A DNA stretch of 20,000 nucleotides from an uncultured virus (IMG/VR IMGVR_UViG_3300008108_000086) (IMGVR_UViG_3300008108_000086); one strand, 5' to 3'. Shown: positions 1 to 8,885, numbered from the stretch's first letter. The notes: generated by a model not told the origin, from the sequence alone. Translations and numbers: made by a program.

Positions 1-729
1 TCATTAAAACTACTTGCTAATAGTACATATACTGAAACAGGTAGTGGCGCACAAAACAATACTATTACTTCTGTAACTGTTGATGCATATGGTAGAACAA
101 CAGCTGCAACATTTAGTCAGATTTCTGGTCTAACAGTTGGCCAAGGTGGTACTGGTGTAAATACATTTAGTGCCGGTCAAGTTATTATTGGTAACGGGTC
201 TGGTGCTTTAGTATCACAAGCAAACGTAGCGTCAATTAATACAAACGTTGCAACTTCAAACACAGTTAACAACATCACGACAGATGTATACGGCCGTGTA
301 ACAGGATTTTCACAACAAGAAATTTCTGGTCTATCAGTTGCTCAAGGCGGTACAGGTGCATCCACATTTACAGCTGGCAGAATGTTGGTTGGCAATGGCG
401 CTGGTGCAATTCAGGCAATCGCTAACGTTACATACACATTAACTGGTACACTAGGTGCTGCTAAGACAATCACATCATTGACTGTTGATGAATATGGCCG
501 TGTAAGTGCTGCAACTGCTTCAGACATTTCTGGTTTGACTGTAACACAAGGCGGTACTGGTGCTTCTACATTCACCACAAACGGTATCGTATTTGGTTCA
601 GGCACTAGTGCAATGGGTGTTACTGCTGCGGCAGGTACATCAGACCAAACATGGTCTAATCAAATACTTACAGTAACCAACGCAGGTGTTCCTGTTTGGT
701 CATCCGCTTTGGACGGAGGTCAATTCTAA
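1..729 (+). CDS. Long tail fibre protein, C-terminal part (5'-truncated by window; >=242 aa)
   Basis: Frame 1 is open from base 1 (SLKLLANSTYTETG...) to TAA at 727-729, so the ORF-track start at 382 is an internal Met. Three ~67-68 aa repeats 'T(V/T)DxYGR...ISGL(T/S)VxQGGTGxxTF..G' (YGR codons at 88, 289, 493). Ends in LDGGQF. Confidence 0.8.
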   Translation, partial: SLKLLANSTYTETGSGAQNNTITSVTVDAYGRTTAATFSQISGLTVGQGGTGVNTFSAGQVIIGNGSGALVSQANVASINTNVATSNTVNNITTDVYGRVTGFSQQEISGLSVAQGGTGASTFTAGRMLVGNGAGAIQAIANVTYTLTGTLGAAKTITSLTVDEYGRVSAATASDISGLTVTQGGTGASTFTTNGIVFGSGTSAMGVTAAAGTSDQTWSNQILTVTNAGVPVWSSALDGGQF

Positions 730-775
730 GCTGACTATATAATGTAATAGATTTTTTTTATGATAGGAGTTTGAA

Positions 776-1501
776 ATGGCAAATGAAAAGTATTTAAATT
801 ATTATATTGAGACATTGACGGCAACAATGACAGACTGTGTTGTCCGAAATGTCTCAATGCAAGCGAATCAAAAAATTACTGATGATGTTGTAAAAGAACA
901 GACTGAAAAACTTGAAGCATTGGCAAGATCCAATAATGAATTACAAACATTAATTGGAGAATTGGAACAAGCCAATGCAACGAATGAAAGTAGTGTCATA
1001 CAAGATTTGAAAAACAAGTTAGACGAAAAGGAAAAACTTGTTGCCAAACAAAGTACCGACATTAATGAATTGACCAATAAACATCGTATTGAACTTGAGG
1101 AATTAAACACAAAGTTTAGAGACTATGATAGTGTTAAGAATCAAGCAACACATGTCGAAACGTTTAAAGGTGAATTGATTAGAGCCCGAGAAGAAACTAA
1201 TAGAGTTCGAACAGAACTTGAAAATAGAATCAACTCTATGAATGCCGAAACGAATGGAAAAATTCAAGGCATTAATGAAGAAAATGATAAAAATGTTAGA
1301 GTGTTGATTCAGAGACATGAAGCTGAGAAAGGTAATCTGAATAATAAGATTGCCGAATTGACTGAAAAGATTGAATACTTACAACTACCTCCTGCCAAAC
1401 GAAGAAAAATTGAAGAACAGCTGAATAAAGAAGTGGCACCAACGACAATAACAAGTTTAGTTGGTGCTGATGGCGAACTCAAGGATGGCGGATCGTTTTA
1501 A
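776..1501 (+). CDS. Charged coiled-coil protein (241 aa) ending in DGGSF; fibre-associated, function unknown
   Basis: AGGAG RBS at 765-769. E/K/N/L-rich heptad pattern over most of its length. C-terminal DGGSF mirrors DGGQF of the upstream fibre. Confidence 0.75.
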   Translation: MANEKYLNYYIETLTATMTDCVVRNVSMQANQKITDDVVKEQTEKLEALARSNNELQTLIGELEQANATNESSVIQDLKNKLDEKEKLVAKQSTDINELTNKHRIELEELNTKFRDYDSVKNQATHVETFKGELIRAREETNRVRTELENRINSMNAETNGKIQGINEENDKNVRVLIQRHEAEKGNLNNKIAELTEKIEYLQLPPAKRRKIEEQLNKEVAPTTITSLVGADGELKDGGSF

Positions 1502-1505
1502 GTAA

Positions 1506-3134
1506 ATGTCAAACACAGCAATACAGTTAAAAAAATCAGGCGTAACAGGAAACACACCATCAGGTCTTGCATTTGGTGAGGTTGCTCTTAACTACGCCGA
1601 TGGTAAACTGTTTTATAAAAACAGTCTTGGTGGTACATCATACATATCCAACCAATTCTCGTTTGACACAATCAACTCAAACAACTCCCTAATATTTGCG
1701 GGAAGTGGTTCAGACACCTTGTCTTTTGTTGCAGGTAATAATGTTACCATAAGCACAAATACAACCACAAAAACAATCACAATCAATGCGTCAGTATCAG
1801 GTGGAAGTGACCCTGGTCCTGCGTTTGACCGTGCCAATGGTGCATTTGTAACTGCTAACTCAGCAGCCAGCTTTGCCAATGATGCTTTTTTAAGAGCTAA
1901 TGCATCCTATGATTCACAAAATACCACAGCATCGTTTGCCAACGGTGCCTTTGTGGTGGCCAATTCATCAGCAACTTTTGCTAACGGAGCTTTCGATAGA
2001 GCCAATGCGGCCTATAATGCTGCGAATACCGCCACAGACCCGTGGGTAAGAACTCAAGCAAATAATGCTTACGACAAAGCCAATTCAGCTGGTTCATTTG
2101 CCAACGGAGCATTCGATGTTGCCAATTCGGCAGCCAGCTTTGCTAATGGTGCATTCACACAAGCAAATTCTAACTATACAAGTGCTGTAACAAAATTAAA
2201 TGTAACTCATAGTGGTGCTTCAGCATATTTAATTGACCAATATTCAGGTAATAATCCATCAATTTATATTTCAGGTGGTGAAACAATAGCATTCAATCTT
2301 GATATATCTGGTCATCCATTTCTAATTCGTCAATCATCAGGTGGTACTAATATTTCTGATGGATTAACACACGTGTCATCTTCAGGTGTTGTAACAACAG
2401 GTTCCAATGCTCAAGGAAAAGAATCTGGAATATTATTTTGGAAAGTTCCTTTCTCTTTAGTTGAAAGTACATATGTTTATCAATGCCAATACCATAGTGG
2501 TATGGTTGGAAATATTATTATACAACAACCAGTTTCTTTTGTTGCTAGTAATACAACTTTGGCTTTTTCGCTGGCCAATGGTGCTTTTGATAGAGCCAAT
2601 TCAGCGGCATCATTTGCTAATGGTGCATTTGTAACAGCCAATTCTGGTGCCACGTTTGCTAATGGTGCTTTTGTAACAGCCAATTCTGGTGCATCATTTG
2701 CTAATGGTGCTTTTGATAGAGCCAATTCAGCGGCATCATTTGCTAATGGTTCTTTTGTAACAGCCAATTCTGGTGCCACGTTTGCTAATGGTGCTTTCAA
2801 TGCAGCTAATTCTGGTGCCATGTTTGCTAATGGTGCTTTCAATGCAGCTAATTCTGGTGCCATGTTTGCCAATGGTGCTTTTGATAGAGCCAATGCTGCA
2901 TATGCATTTGCAAATACAATTTCTGGAGGTTCTTCGGTTGATAATGTAGCTAGGAATAGTGCAAATTCAGCAGAATTTTTTGCTAATGGTGCCTTTATTA
3001 CAGCGAATTCGGCCGCAAGTTTTGCCAATGGTGCTTTTGATAGAGCCAATGCAGCCTTCGCTAAAGCTAACACAGGAACAACCGCACTCGATGTAAACTC
3101 TGATATTGTTGCCTTCACAATCGCCTTTAGTTGA
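1506..3134 (+). CDS. Tail fibre stalk protein (542 aa): Mtd_N-like N-terminal domain, ANGAF heptad repeats, cupredoxin-like domain, hydrophobic C-terminal peptide
   Basis: N-terminus IQLKKSG..P..LAFGEVALNYADGKLFYK resembles the major-tropism-determinant N-terminal type domain of phage fibres. Many ANSAASFANGAF repeats. GHPF...YQCQYHSGMVGNIII at about 2310-2522. Ends DIVAFTIAFS. Confidence 0.8.
   Translation: MSNTAIQLKKSGVTGNTPSGLAFGEVALNYADGKLFYKNSLGGTSYISNQFSFDTINSNNSLIFAGSGSDTLSFVAGNNVTISTNTTTKTITINASVSGGSDPGPAFDRANGAFVTANSAASFANDAFLRANASYDSQNTTASFANGAFVVANSSATFANGAFDRANAAYNAANTATDPWVRTQANNAYDKANSAGSFANGAFDVANSAASFANGAFTQANSNYTSAVTKLNVTHSGASAYLIDQYSGNNPSIYISGGETIAFNLDISGHPFLIRQSSGGTNISDGLTHVSSSGVVTTGSNAQGKESGILFWKVPFSLVESTYVYQCQYHSGMVGNIIIQQPVSFVASNTTLAFSLANGAFDRANSAASFANGAFVTANSGATFANGAFVTANSGASFANGAFDRANSAASFANGSFVTANSGATFANGAFNAANSGAMFANGAFNAANSGAMFANGAFDRANAAYAFANTISGGSSVDNVARNSANSAEFFANGAFITANSAASFANGAFDRANAAFAKANTGTTALDVNSDIVAFTIAFS
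2574..2915 (+). repeat. In-frame tandem array of 42-bp (14-aa) ANGAFxxANSxAxF units
   Basis: Exact 42-bp duplication 2780-2821/2822-2863. A near-exact copy of the stretch starting at 2577 recurs 126 bp later at 2703. Confidence 0.9.
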
Positions 3135-3137
3135 TAG

Positions 3138-3145
3138 AATAAATA
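3138..3145 (+). promoter_or_regulatory. Putative T4-type late promoter (AATAAATA)
   Basis: 7/8 match to TATAAATA in the intergenic gap, about 20 nt before ATG 3166, followed by AAGGA/AGGG SD-like sequence. Confidence 0.55.
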
Positions 3146-3165
3146 AAGGATAATAGGGAATTTAT

Positions 3166-3492
3166 ATGGCAAATACATTTAAAAATCAACTACAAGCAGC
3201 AGTCGGAACATCACCAGCAACCATTTATACTGCTGGTGCCAATGTGTCGACCACAGTTATTGGTATGACTATTGCAAACATACTAAACACAACCATAACA
3301 GCCAATGTGATATTGAATTCTGGTGGTTCAGACTACTATATGGTTAAGATGGCTGAGATTGAACCTGGCAATTCTTTAATCACTATCGGCGGTGAACAGA
3401 AATTAGTAATGAGAGCCAACGATGTTCTAAAAGTTTCAACAAGTAATGCTTCAGCAGCTGATGTTATTGTGAGTTTATTGGAAATAACATAA
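3166..3492 (+). CDS. Small beta-rich fibre adaptor protein, paralogue A1 (108 aa, MANTFKN... type)
   Basis: Alternating hydrophobic beta pattern. Shares TIYT / IAN / YY / DVLKV / terminal LEI motifs with 10266..10616 and 15785..16114. Confidence 0.75.
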   Translation: MANTFKNQLQAAVGTSPATIYTAGANVSTTVIGMTIANILNTTITANVILNSGGSDYYMVKMAEIEPGNSLITIGGEQKLVMRANDVLKVSTSNASAADVIVSLLEIT

Positions 3493-3493
3493 C

Positions 3494-5665
3494 ATGGAAT
3501 TTACTTACATTGGCAACCAAAATAAGAAGGATGTAAGGTTAACCGGTTCATTTGCTAATGGTGCATTTGTAACTGCTAACTCAGCAGCCTCTTTTGCTAA
3601 TGCGGCCTTCGATAGGGCCAATGCGGCCTTCTTACAGGCGAATACTAGTGGTGGTGGAGGCAGTAGTACACCAGTAACAATTTATTCTGATGTGTTTACT
3701 GCCAATGGTAATACGTCAACATTCAATTTAAGTACATCACCGGAAGATGAAAATTATATAATTGCAGTAGTCGATGGTATTACTCAATTAAGAAGTACGT
3801 ATACTGTTACAGGTAACGTGGTCACTTTTGATAGTGCATTTGATAATGGAGCCAACGTTGAAATAACAACCATCACTGGCGGCGGTGAAAGTCCATATGC
3901 AGCCAACCACGCCAATTTGGCATATGCACAGGCAAATGCTGCCTTCACGCAGGCAAATAATTCTACTGATACATGGGTAAGAACACAAGCTAACAGTGCG
4001 TTTGACAAAGCAAACTCGGCAGGTTCATTTGCTAATAGTTCTTTTGTAACTGCCAATGCAAGTTATGACCAAGCAAACACAGGTGCTTTATTTGCAAATG
4101 GTGCCTTCATAACAGCCAATTCTGGTGCATCATTTGCCAATGGTGCTTTCGATAGAGCCAATGCTGCTTATGCACAGGCTAATAATTCTACTGATACTTG
4201 GGTTAGGACTCAGGCCAATAATGCATACGATACGGCAAACTCGGCTCAAACATTTGCTAACGCAGCATTTATAACAGCAAACTCTGCGGCAAGTTTTGCT
4301 AACGGTGCTTATGCGGCCGCAAACTTAAAATTTAATACATCAGGTGGTACAATTTCTGGTGATGTTTCCATTACAGGAAATCTAAGTATATTAGGTAATG
4401 CATTCAGCACTAGTGCAACTCAAATTGTTGCAAATGATACACTCTTTATTATGGGTACAGGAAACTATTCAGGTGATGTACTTGATATTGGTTTTTCATC
4501 TCATTACAACGATGGTACCAATGCACACACAGGTATAATTCGAGATGCTGGCACCAAAGAATGGCATGTGTTTGAAGGTTATACACCTGAGGTTGGTGCA
4601 AACAATAGTATTGATATTAATCATGCATCATTTAAGATTGCAACACTTCAAGCAAATTTAAAATCAACAACCATAACGATTAAAGGTATAGATTTATTAC
4701 CTTATGTTAATAATGCATATGCAACGGCCAACTCTGGTGCATCCTTTGCTAACTCAGCATTCATTACAGCCAATGCATCATATGAATCCCAGAATACCAC
4801 AGCATCGTTTGCTAACGGTGCTTTCATTACAGCTAATGCGGCATTCAATGCAGCGAACAATGCAACCGATCCGTGGGTAAGAAATCAGGCTAACAACTCT
4901 TACAATACAGCTAACGGAGCATTTGTAACAGCCAATTCTGCTGCATCATTTGCTAATGGTGCTTTTGATAGAGCCAATGCTGCTTATGCAGCTGCAAATA
5001 CGGGTAGTGGAGTAGGTGGTGTATTAACAAGTTTTGTTGATACATTTACTGCGAATGGTATATCCAACAACTTCACATTATCAACAACACCAACGAATAA
5101 AAATATTACGTTTGTGTCTATACAAGGTGTATTACAACCAAAAGAAAGTTATAATATATCTGGTACCATATTAACATTTGATTCCACTCCACCAAATACA
5201 GCTTTTATTGAAATAACAACTTTGAATGGTGCATCTGATAATGCTGCCTTTATTGCAGCCAATGCTGCCTTTATTACAGCCAATTCTGGTGCATCATTTG
5301 CTAACGCAGCATTTATACAGGCTAATGCTGCATTCACTCAAGCAAATACTGCTTCAATAAGATACATCACTTTAAATGAAACTGGTAATATTGTCATAAA
5401 AACCGGAACAGTAAGATTTTATCCGCCTAGTAATATAGCTATAAATAATGTATACGCTAGTTTGAGCACCACATCAGCAAACACTTTTACTTTCGAGGTA
5501 GTTAAAAACGGGTCAGTAGTAGGAACATACAACATAGACTCTAACACAAATAAAATGACCGTAGCGGCAGCAAATATTAATTTAACTTCAAACGATTACT
5601 TAACAGTAAATATTACTAATGGGTCACAAGCAAGTGATTTAAGAATTGACTTAGAGTATAAATAG
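3494..5665 (+). CDS. Tail fibre stalk protein (723 aa) with ANGAF repeats, two FTA(N/D)G-type small beta domains and a C-terminal beta domain
   Basis: Starts MEFTYIGNQ, 1 nt after the A1 stop. Repeated domain FTANG..F.LST.P...V.G..Q...Y...G...TFDS at about 3677-3880 and 5027-5230. Central DIGF..HYNDG..HTGIIRDA fibre domain. C-terminal TGTVRFYPP...DYLTVNI...SDLRIDLEY domain. Confidence 0.85.
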   Translation: MEFTYIGNQNKKDVRLTGSFANGAFVTANSAASFANAAFDRANAAFLQANTSGGGGSSTPVTIYSDVFTANGNTSTFNLSTSPEDENYIIAVVDGITQLRSTYTVTGNVVTFDSAFDNGANVEITTITGGGESPYAANHANLAYAQANAAFTQANNSTDTWVRTQANSAFDKANSAGSFANSSFVTANASYDQANTGALFANGAFITANSGASFANGAFDRANAAYAQANNSTDTWVRTQANNAYDTANSAQTFANAAFITANSAASFANGAYAAANLKFNTSGGTISGDVSITGNLSILGNAFSTSATQIVANDTLFIMGTGNYSGDVLDIGFSSHYNDGTNAHTGIIRDAGTKEWHVFEGYTPEVGANNSIDINHASFKIATLQANLKSTTITIKGIDLLPYVNNAYATANSGASFANSAFITANASYESQNTTASFANGAFITANAAFNAANNATDPWVRNQANNSYNTANGAFVTANSAASFANGAFDRANAAYAAANTGSGVGGVLTSFVDTFTANGISNNFTLSTTPTNKNITFVSIQGVLQPKESYNISGTILTFDSTPPNTAFIEITTLNGASDNAAFIAANAAFITANSGASFANAAFIQANAAFTQANTASIRYITLNETGNIVIKTGTVRFYPPSNIAINNVYASLSTTSANTFTFEVVKNGSVVGTYNIDSNTNKMTVAAANINLTSNDYLTVNITNGSQASDLRIDLEYK

Positions 5666-5697
5666 AGTATAAATAGAGTATAAATAGAGCATAAATG
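5652..5697 (+). promoter_or_regulatory. Tandem 11-bp repeat (TAGAGTATAAA x3 plus TAGAGCATAAA) containing three perfect T4 late promoter boxes
   Basis: TATAAATA at 5657-5664, 5668-5675 and 5679-5686, with a degenerate CATAAATG at 5690-5697. The repeat overlaps the TAG stop (5663-5665) of the upstream fibre. Confidence 0.8.
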
Positions 5698-5720
5698 TTA
5701 AATAAAACAAAGGTATTTTT

Positions 5721-6044
5721 ATGGATTTTATAAAAATTTTTTACAATGGTTTACCTGCAAAAGTTTATAAACTTTTGTCAAGTATTCCTAATAACATTGA
5801 AAGTGATGTAGAAAGATTTAGTTATATACATAACCTTTTATCTGTTGATTTAGGTATTGAATCTAATGTATTGTTTGGATCAATTTCGGATATACAAGGA
5901 CTTTGTTATTTTTATACAGAACAACACAAATTAAATTTGATTTCTAATGAAAATTTTGAATTAGTATTTGACACGGACAGTATGATTGTAAAAGAAACAT
6001 TAACTGAATTTAGTGAAGAAACTCAAGAAACTCAAGGAATATAA
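5721..6044 (+). CDS. Hypothetical acidic protein (107 aa), first gene of AT-rich cassette
   Basis: AAGG SD about 8 nt upstream, directly after the late promoter array. Very AT-rich (14/60 G+C in line 5761-5820). Confidence 0.65.
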   Translation: MDFIKIFYNGLPAKVYKLLSSIPNNIESDVERFSYIHNLLSVDLGIESNVLFGSISDIQGLCYFYTEQHKLNLISNENFELVFDTDSMIVKETLTEFSEETQETQGI

Positions 6045-6046
6045 TA

Positions 6047-6940
6047 ATGTATGTGAAGTATAGAATCTCATCAAACACCGTTACTGCAAATGTAATATCG
6101 GATATTACAGGTATTATTGGTGGAACAATAACACAAGCGAATCAGCTGAGTGCTGGTGCTTCAGGAAATACTATTTTTTCCGGTAACTATCCTAGTGGTA
6201 CAATATATACAGTTTCTTTTACGGATGATGCCACAGCTTCGGTTATAAGTAAAAAAAATCATGCAAACACGTCATATCAATCATACATTTTATTAAGTGG
6301 TTCAACTGATACAACTTTTGGAGTAGGTATTAATGCAACTGCATGTGGATTAGGTAAAGACTGGAGTTCAGGATCAACAATTACTAATAGCACAACAGGT
6401 TTCTCAGATACAGTTTTACATTTAAAACAATATATTCCAACGGCGGACAAACCAGAAGAACTAATTATTATAGTTACAAATAAATCTCTTATTTTAATAC
6501 AATCCAATCATAATACTTGTATTGGATGGGTAGATATTACAACTAATGGTGTCGTTGAAAAATATACAACAAGCATGAGAACTATTTTATGTAATTTTAC
6601 CACTAGTAATGCTAAAGTTCCATATACATATAAATTATTAGGTGCATTATCCAGTTATGGATTAACAAATTATACTAAAATATTTAATGCTGCGCCTTTT
6701 ACATCAACACCAGATGCACCAATAATATCAGCAATATCTTTTTTAGCATTTGATGAAAATCGTACTCCAGTAATTATTGAAAATCCAGCGCTTGTATGTA
6801 ATCCTAATGCAGGAAATTATGTAAACTTCTTATATGGTGTGGTATCTATTCCTCCTGGACTTTTAAAAAGTAAATCACTATATAATACAAGTGGTGTAAA
6901 TAGAATTTCTTTTAGTAATTTTGCTTTTGTAACAGAATAG
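6047..6940 (+). CDS. Putative virion/tail-tip structural protein (297 aa)
   Basis: AAGGA SD upstream. S/T/N/G/I-rich beta-type composition. N-terminus MYVKYRIS resembles MLIKFSMP of the next gene. Confidence 0.65.
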   Translation: MYVKYRISSNTVTANVISDITGIIGGTITQANQLSAGASGNTIFSGNYPSGTIYTVSFTDDATASVISKKNHANTSYQSYILLSGSTDTTFGVGINATACGLGKDWSSGSTITNSTTGFSDTVLHLKQYIPTADKPEELIIIVTNKSLILIQSNHNTCIGWVDITTNGVVEKYTTSMRTILCNFTTSNAKVPYTYKLLGALSSYGLTNYTKIFNAAPFTSTPDAPIISAISFLAFDENRTPVIIENPALVCNPNAGNYVNFLYGVVSIPPGLLKSKSLYNTSGVNRISFSNFAFVTE

Positions 6941-6950
6941 GAATAAAAAA

Positions 6951-8402
6951 ATGTTGATAAAATTTAGTATGCCTCGGGCTGCCACTATGACAGACTTGTT
7001 ATGGAATCTCATGCAAGCAGTTTTTGTAACAGCAACCACGGCCGCAAATACAACTCCTACTATTACTAGAGTTTCCACTAGCAATGTGGCCAATACACAA
7101 GCTTCGCTTCTTGGAGTTGGTCCAGGTTGTTTTATTGAAGAAGTTATTTCTAATACTGAATCTGGTGGATGGACTTTAGGCCCAAATAATAACTTTACTC
7201 AAAGTGTGGTGCCAGCTGCCACTGTGGGTTCATACATACTACATCTTCAGACTTCAAATGGAAAAGCCAATACTAAATATTTTGCCATTGGTTGTGGCGG
7301 GGTCGCTGCTGGCAGCGGTGGCGCCAGCGTTTGGAATTCGGGCGTTCAGACTATTAATGACAACAGTGCTAATTGGCCAAATTGTGGTGTTTATGATGTT
7401 GGTTACGGAAGTTTACAGCGTATCCGGTCGATGGAGGGACTCAATGATGGTAGCTTTTTAGGATCGGACATTACACGAATTAGAAAATTAACCGCTGGGA
7501 CAAACAACACCACATGGGGCAGAAATATTTCTGCGGCGTCACCTTTTTCTCTACAATACTTTGCAAACCGATACAATGAATCAAATTTTGGTACCGCAAC
7601 TCGAACTCCATTTTATGTAGGCGCAACAGAAAATTATATTTTTTTAGTTCATGAAGGTGCAATTTGGTATTTTGGTACAAGAACCTCTCAGCCTTGGGAA
7701 GATGCCTATACTGATAACCCTTATTATGTTTCTTTTGGACATGCAGGTACAGCAGCAAACACAACTCATTCATATCATGAAACTTTTTCTAATCTAAATC
7801 ATGTGTTAGGCTCGCCAGGAGTAGGAGTTATCAATAGGTCGTTTACACAAGCATTTAGTAGAACAATCACCACAGCAAACACAAATTACGCAAGTAGTCC
7901 ACCAATGTTATATTATAATACGGTTGCTGGAAACCAGTTAGAAGCAAATAGTTTTTGGACAGTTACGGGTGGTAACCAAAACGCTTACGGTTCAGAAGGA
8001 TTTGATGCAATTTCAATGCAATTCGGCCGAGCCCAATCAACTGCTCTGGTTAACCTAAGGGCGAACTCAAATAATGCATTATCAGGAACACATATGCGTA
8101 ATACTTGGGATCATTTCAATGCGCCGTTTGATGGACCAAGCTTTGATACTACTACAGGTCTTATGGTGCCAACAATATATCCAATTAATTTTAGTGTTTC
8201 TGGAAATAGTGTTAATTCAGGTGGAAATTCAGGTGGTAGAGCACTGGGTATATACAAAGGACAACTTGGCATTGCTAACAACAGTCCTTTACTTAATTTA
8301 GCATCTTATATAATTGACGGATCAAATTATATACCAGTATTTGTTGGTAATTCCATGTTTCATTCTGCAAACACAGACTTATATTTTATAAGAGCAGCTT
8401 AA
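6951..8402 (+). CDS. Putative virion/tail-tip receptor-binding protein (483 aa)
   Basis: AGGA SD overlapping the upstream stop. G/N/S/T and aromatic-rich. Possibly a remote paralogue of 6047..6940. Confidence 0.7.
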   Translation: MLIKFSMPRAATMTDLLWNLMQAVFVTATTAANTTPTITRVSTSNVANTQASLLGVGPGCFIEEVISNTESGGWTLGPNNNFTQSVVPAATVGSYILHLQTSNGKANTKYFAIGCGGVAAGSGGASVWNSGVQTINDNSANWPNCGVYDVGYGSLQRIRSMEGLNDGSFLGSDITRIRKLTAGTNNTTWGRNISAASPFSLQYFANRYNESNFGTATRTPFYVGATENYIFLVHEGAIWYFGTRTSQPWEDAYTDNPYYVSFGHAGTAANTTHSYHETFSNLNHVLGSPGVGVINRSFTQAFSRTITTANTNYASSPPMLYYNTVAGNQLEANSFWTVTGGNQNAYGSEGFDAISMQFGRAQSTALVNLRANSNNALSGTHMRNTWDHFNAPFDGPSFDTTTGLMVPTIYPINFSVSGNSVNSGGNSGGRALGIYKGQLGIANNSPLLNLASYIIDGSNYIPVFVGNSMFHSANTDLYFIRAA

Positions 8403-8436
8403 TCATAAAACAAATTTTTAGTTATATAAAAATAAC

Positions 8437-8853
8437 ATGGCAATTTTATCATCGAATAAAAGGTCAATTGGTTTTAGTACTTCACCAATTAATCAAAGCA
8501 ATAATATAGTTCTAGCAGATACTACTAATGTTGCATCAAATGAATTACCTTTAAATCAATTAATAAATTTAACTACTTTTGACAAAATAAAGTCAATTGG
8601 TTTTAGTACTTCACCAATTAATCAAAGCAATAATATAGTTCTAGCAGATACCACTAATGTTGCATCAAATGAATTACCTTTAAATCAATTAATAAATTTA
8701 ACTACTTTTAACAAAATAAAGTTTATTAATCTTGAACAACCAATAGCTTTTGGTTCTCACACAGCACAGCAAGCAAATTCATTTATAATTAATGCATCTA
8801 GTACACCAAGCGTTCAAAGTAGTACTAGTAGTACTTTTTGGACAATAGGTTAA
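8437..8853 (+). CDS. Hypothetical protein (138 aa) with internal 43-aa duplication; ends in TFWTIG
   Basis: ORF on the same strand as the operon. SIGFSTSPINQSNNIVLADTTNVASNELPLNQLINLTTF(D/N)KIK occurs twice. Confidence 0.6.
   Translation: MAILSSNKRSIGFSTSPINQSNNIVLADTTNVASNELPLNQLINLTTFDKIKSIGFSTSPINQSNNIVLADTTNVASNELPLNQLINLTTFNKIKFINLEQPIAFGSHTAQQANSFIINASSTPSVQSSTSSTFWTIG
8463..8720 (+). repeat. 129-bp tandem direct duplication
   Basis: 8463-8591 vs 8592-8720 show two mismatches by eye (ACT/ACC synonymous; GAC/AAC, D to N). Confidence 0.95.
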
Positions 8854-8877
8854 ATGAATTTGATTGCGGATTTTTGC

Positions 8878-8885
8878 CATAAATA
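8878..8885 (+). promoter_or_regulatory. Putative T4-type late promoter (CATAAATA)
   Basis: 7/8 match to TATAAATA, intergenic, 27 nt before ATG 8913. Confidence 0.6.

Noticed and set aside
736..743. TATATAAT / TATAAT before gene 776 as a sigma70 promoter
   Set aside because: No -35 hexamer at a 16-18 nt spacing. It may be a variant late promoter but cannot be supported from sequence alone.
2574..2915. Regularly spaced 42-bp repeats (and the 11-bp repeat at 5652) as a CRISPR array
   Set aside because: There are no unique spacers, the 42-bp units are in-frame coding repeats with synonymous variation, and no cas genes are present.
5440..5447. Perfect TATAAATA inside the 723-aa CDS
   Set aside because: It lies in AT-rich coding sequence about 270 nt from the next start and could be chance; the intergenic triple box is the better candidate.
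8463..8720. Near-identical repeat pair as a DGR template/variable repeat
   Set aside because: The copies are tandem within one CDS, the mismatches are T/C and G/A rather than a series of adenine-specific changes, and no reverse transcriptase is in the window.
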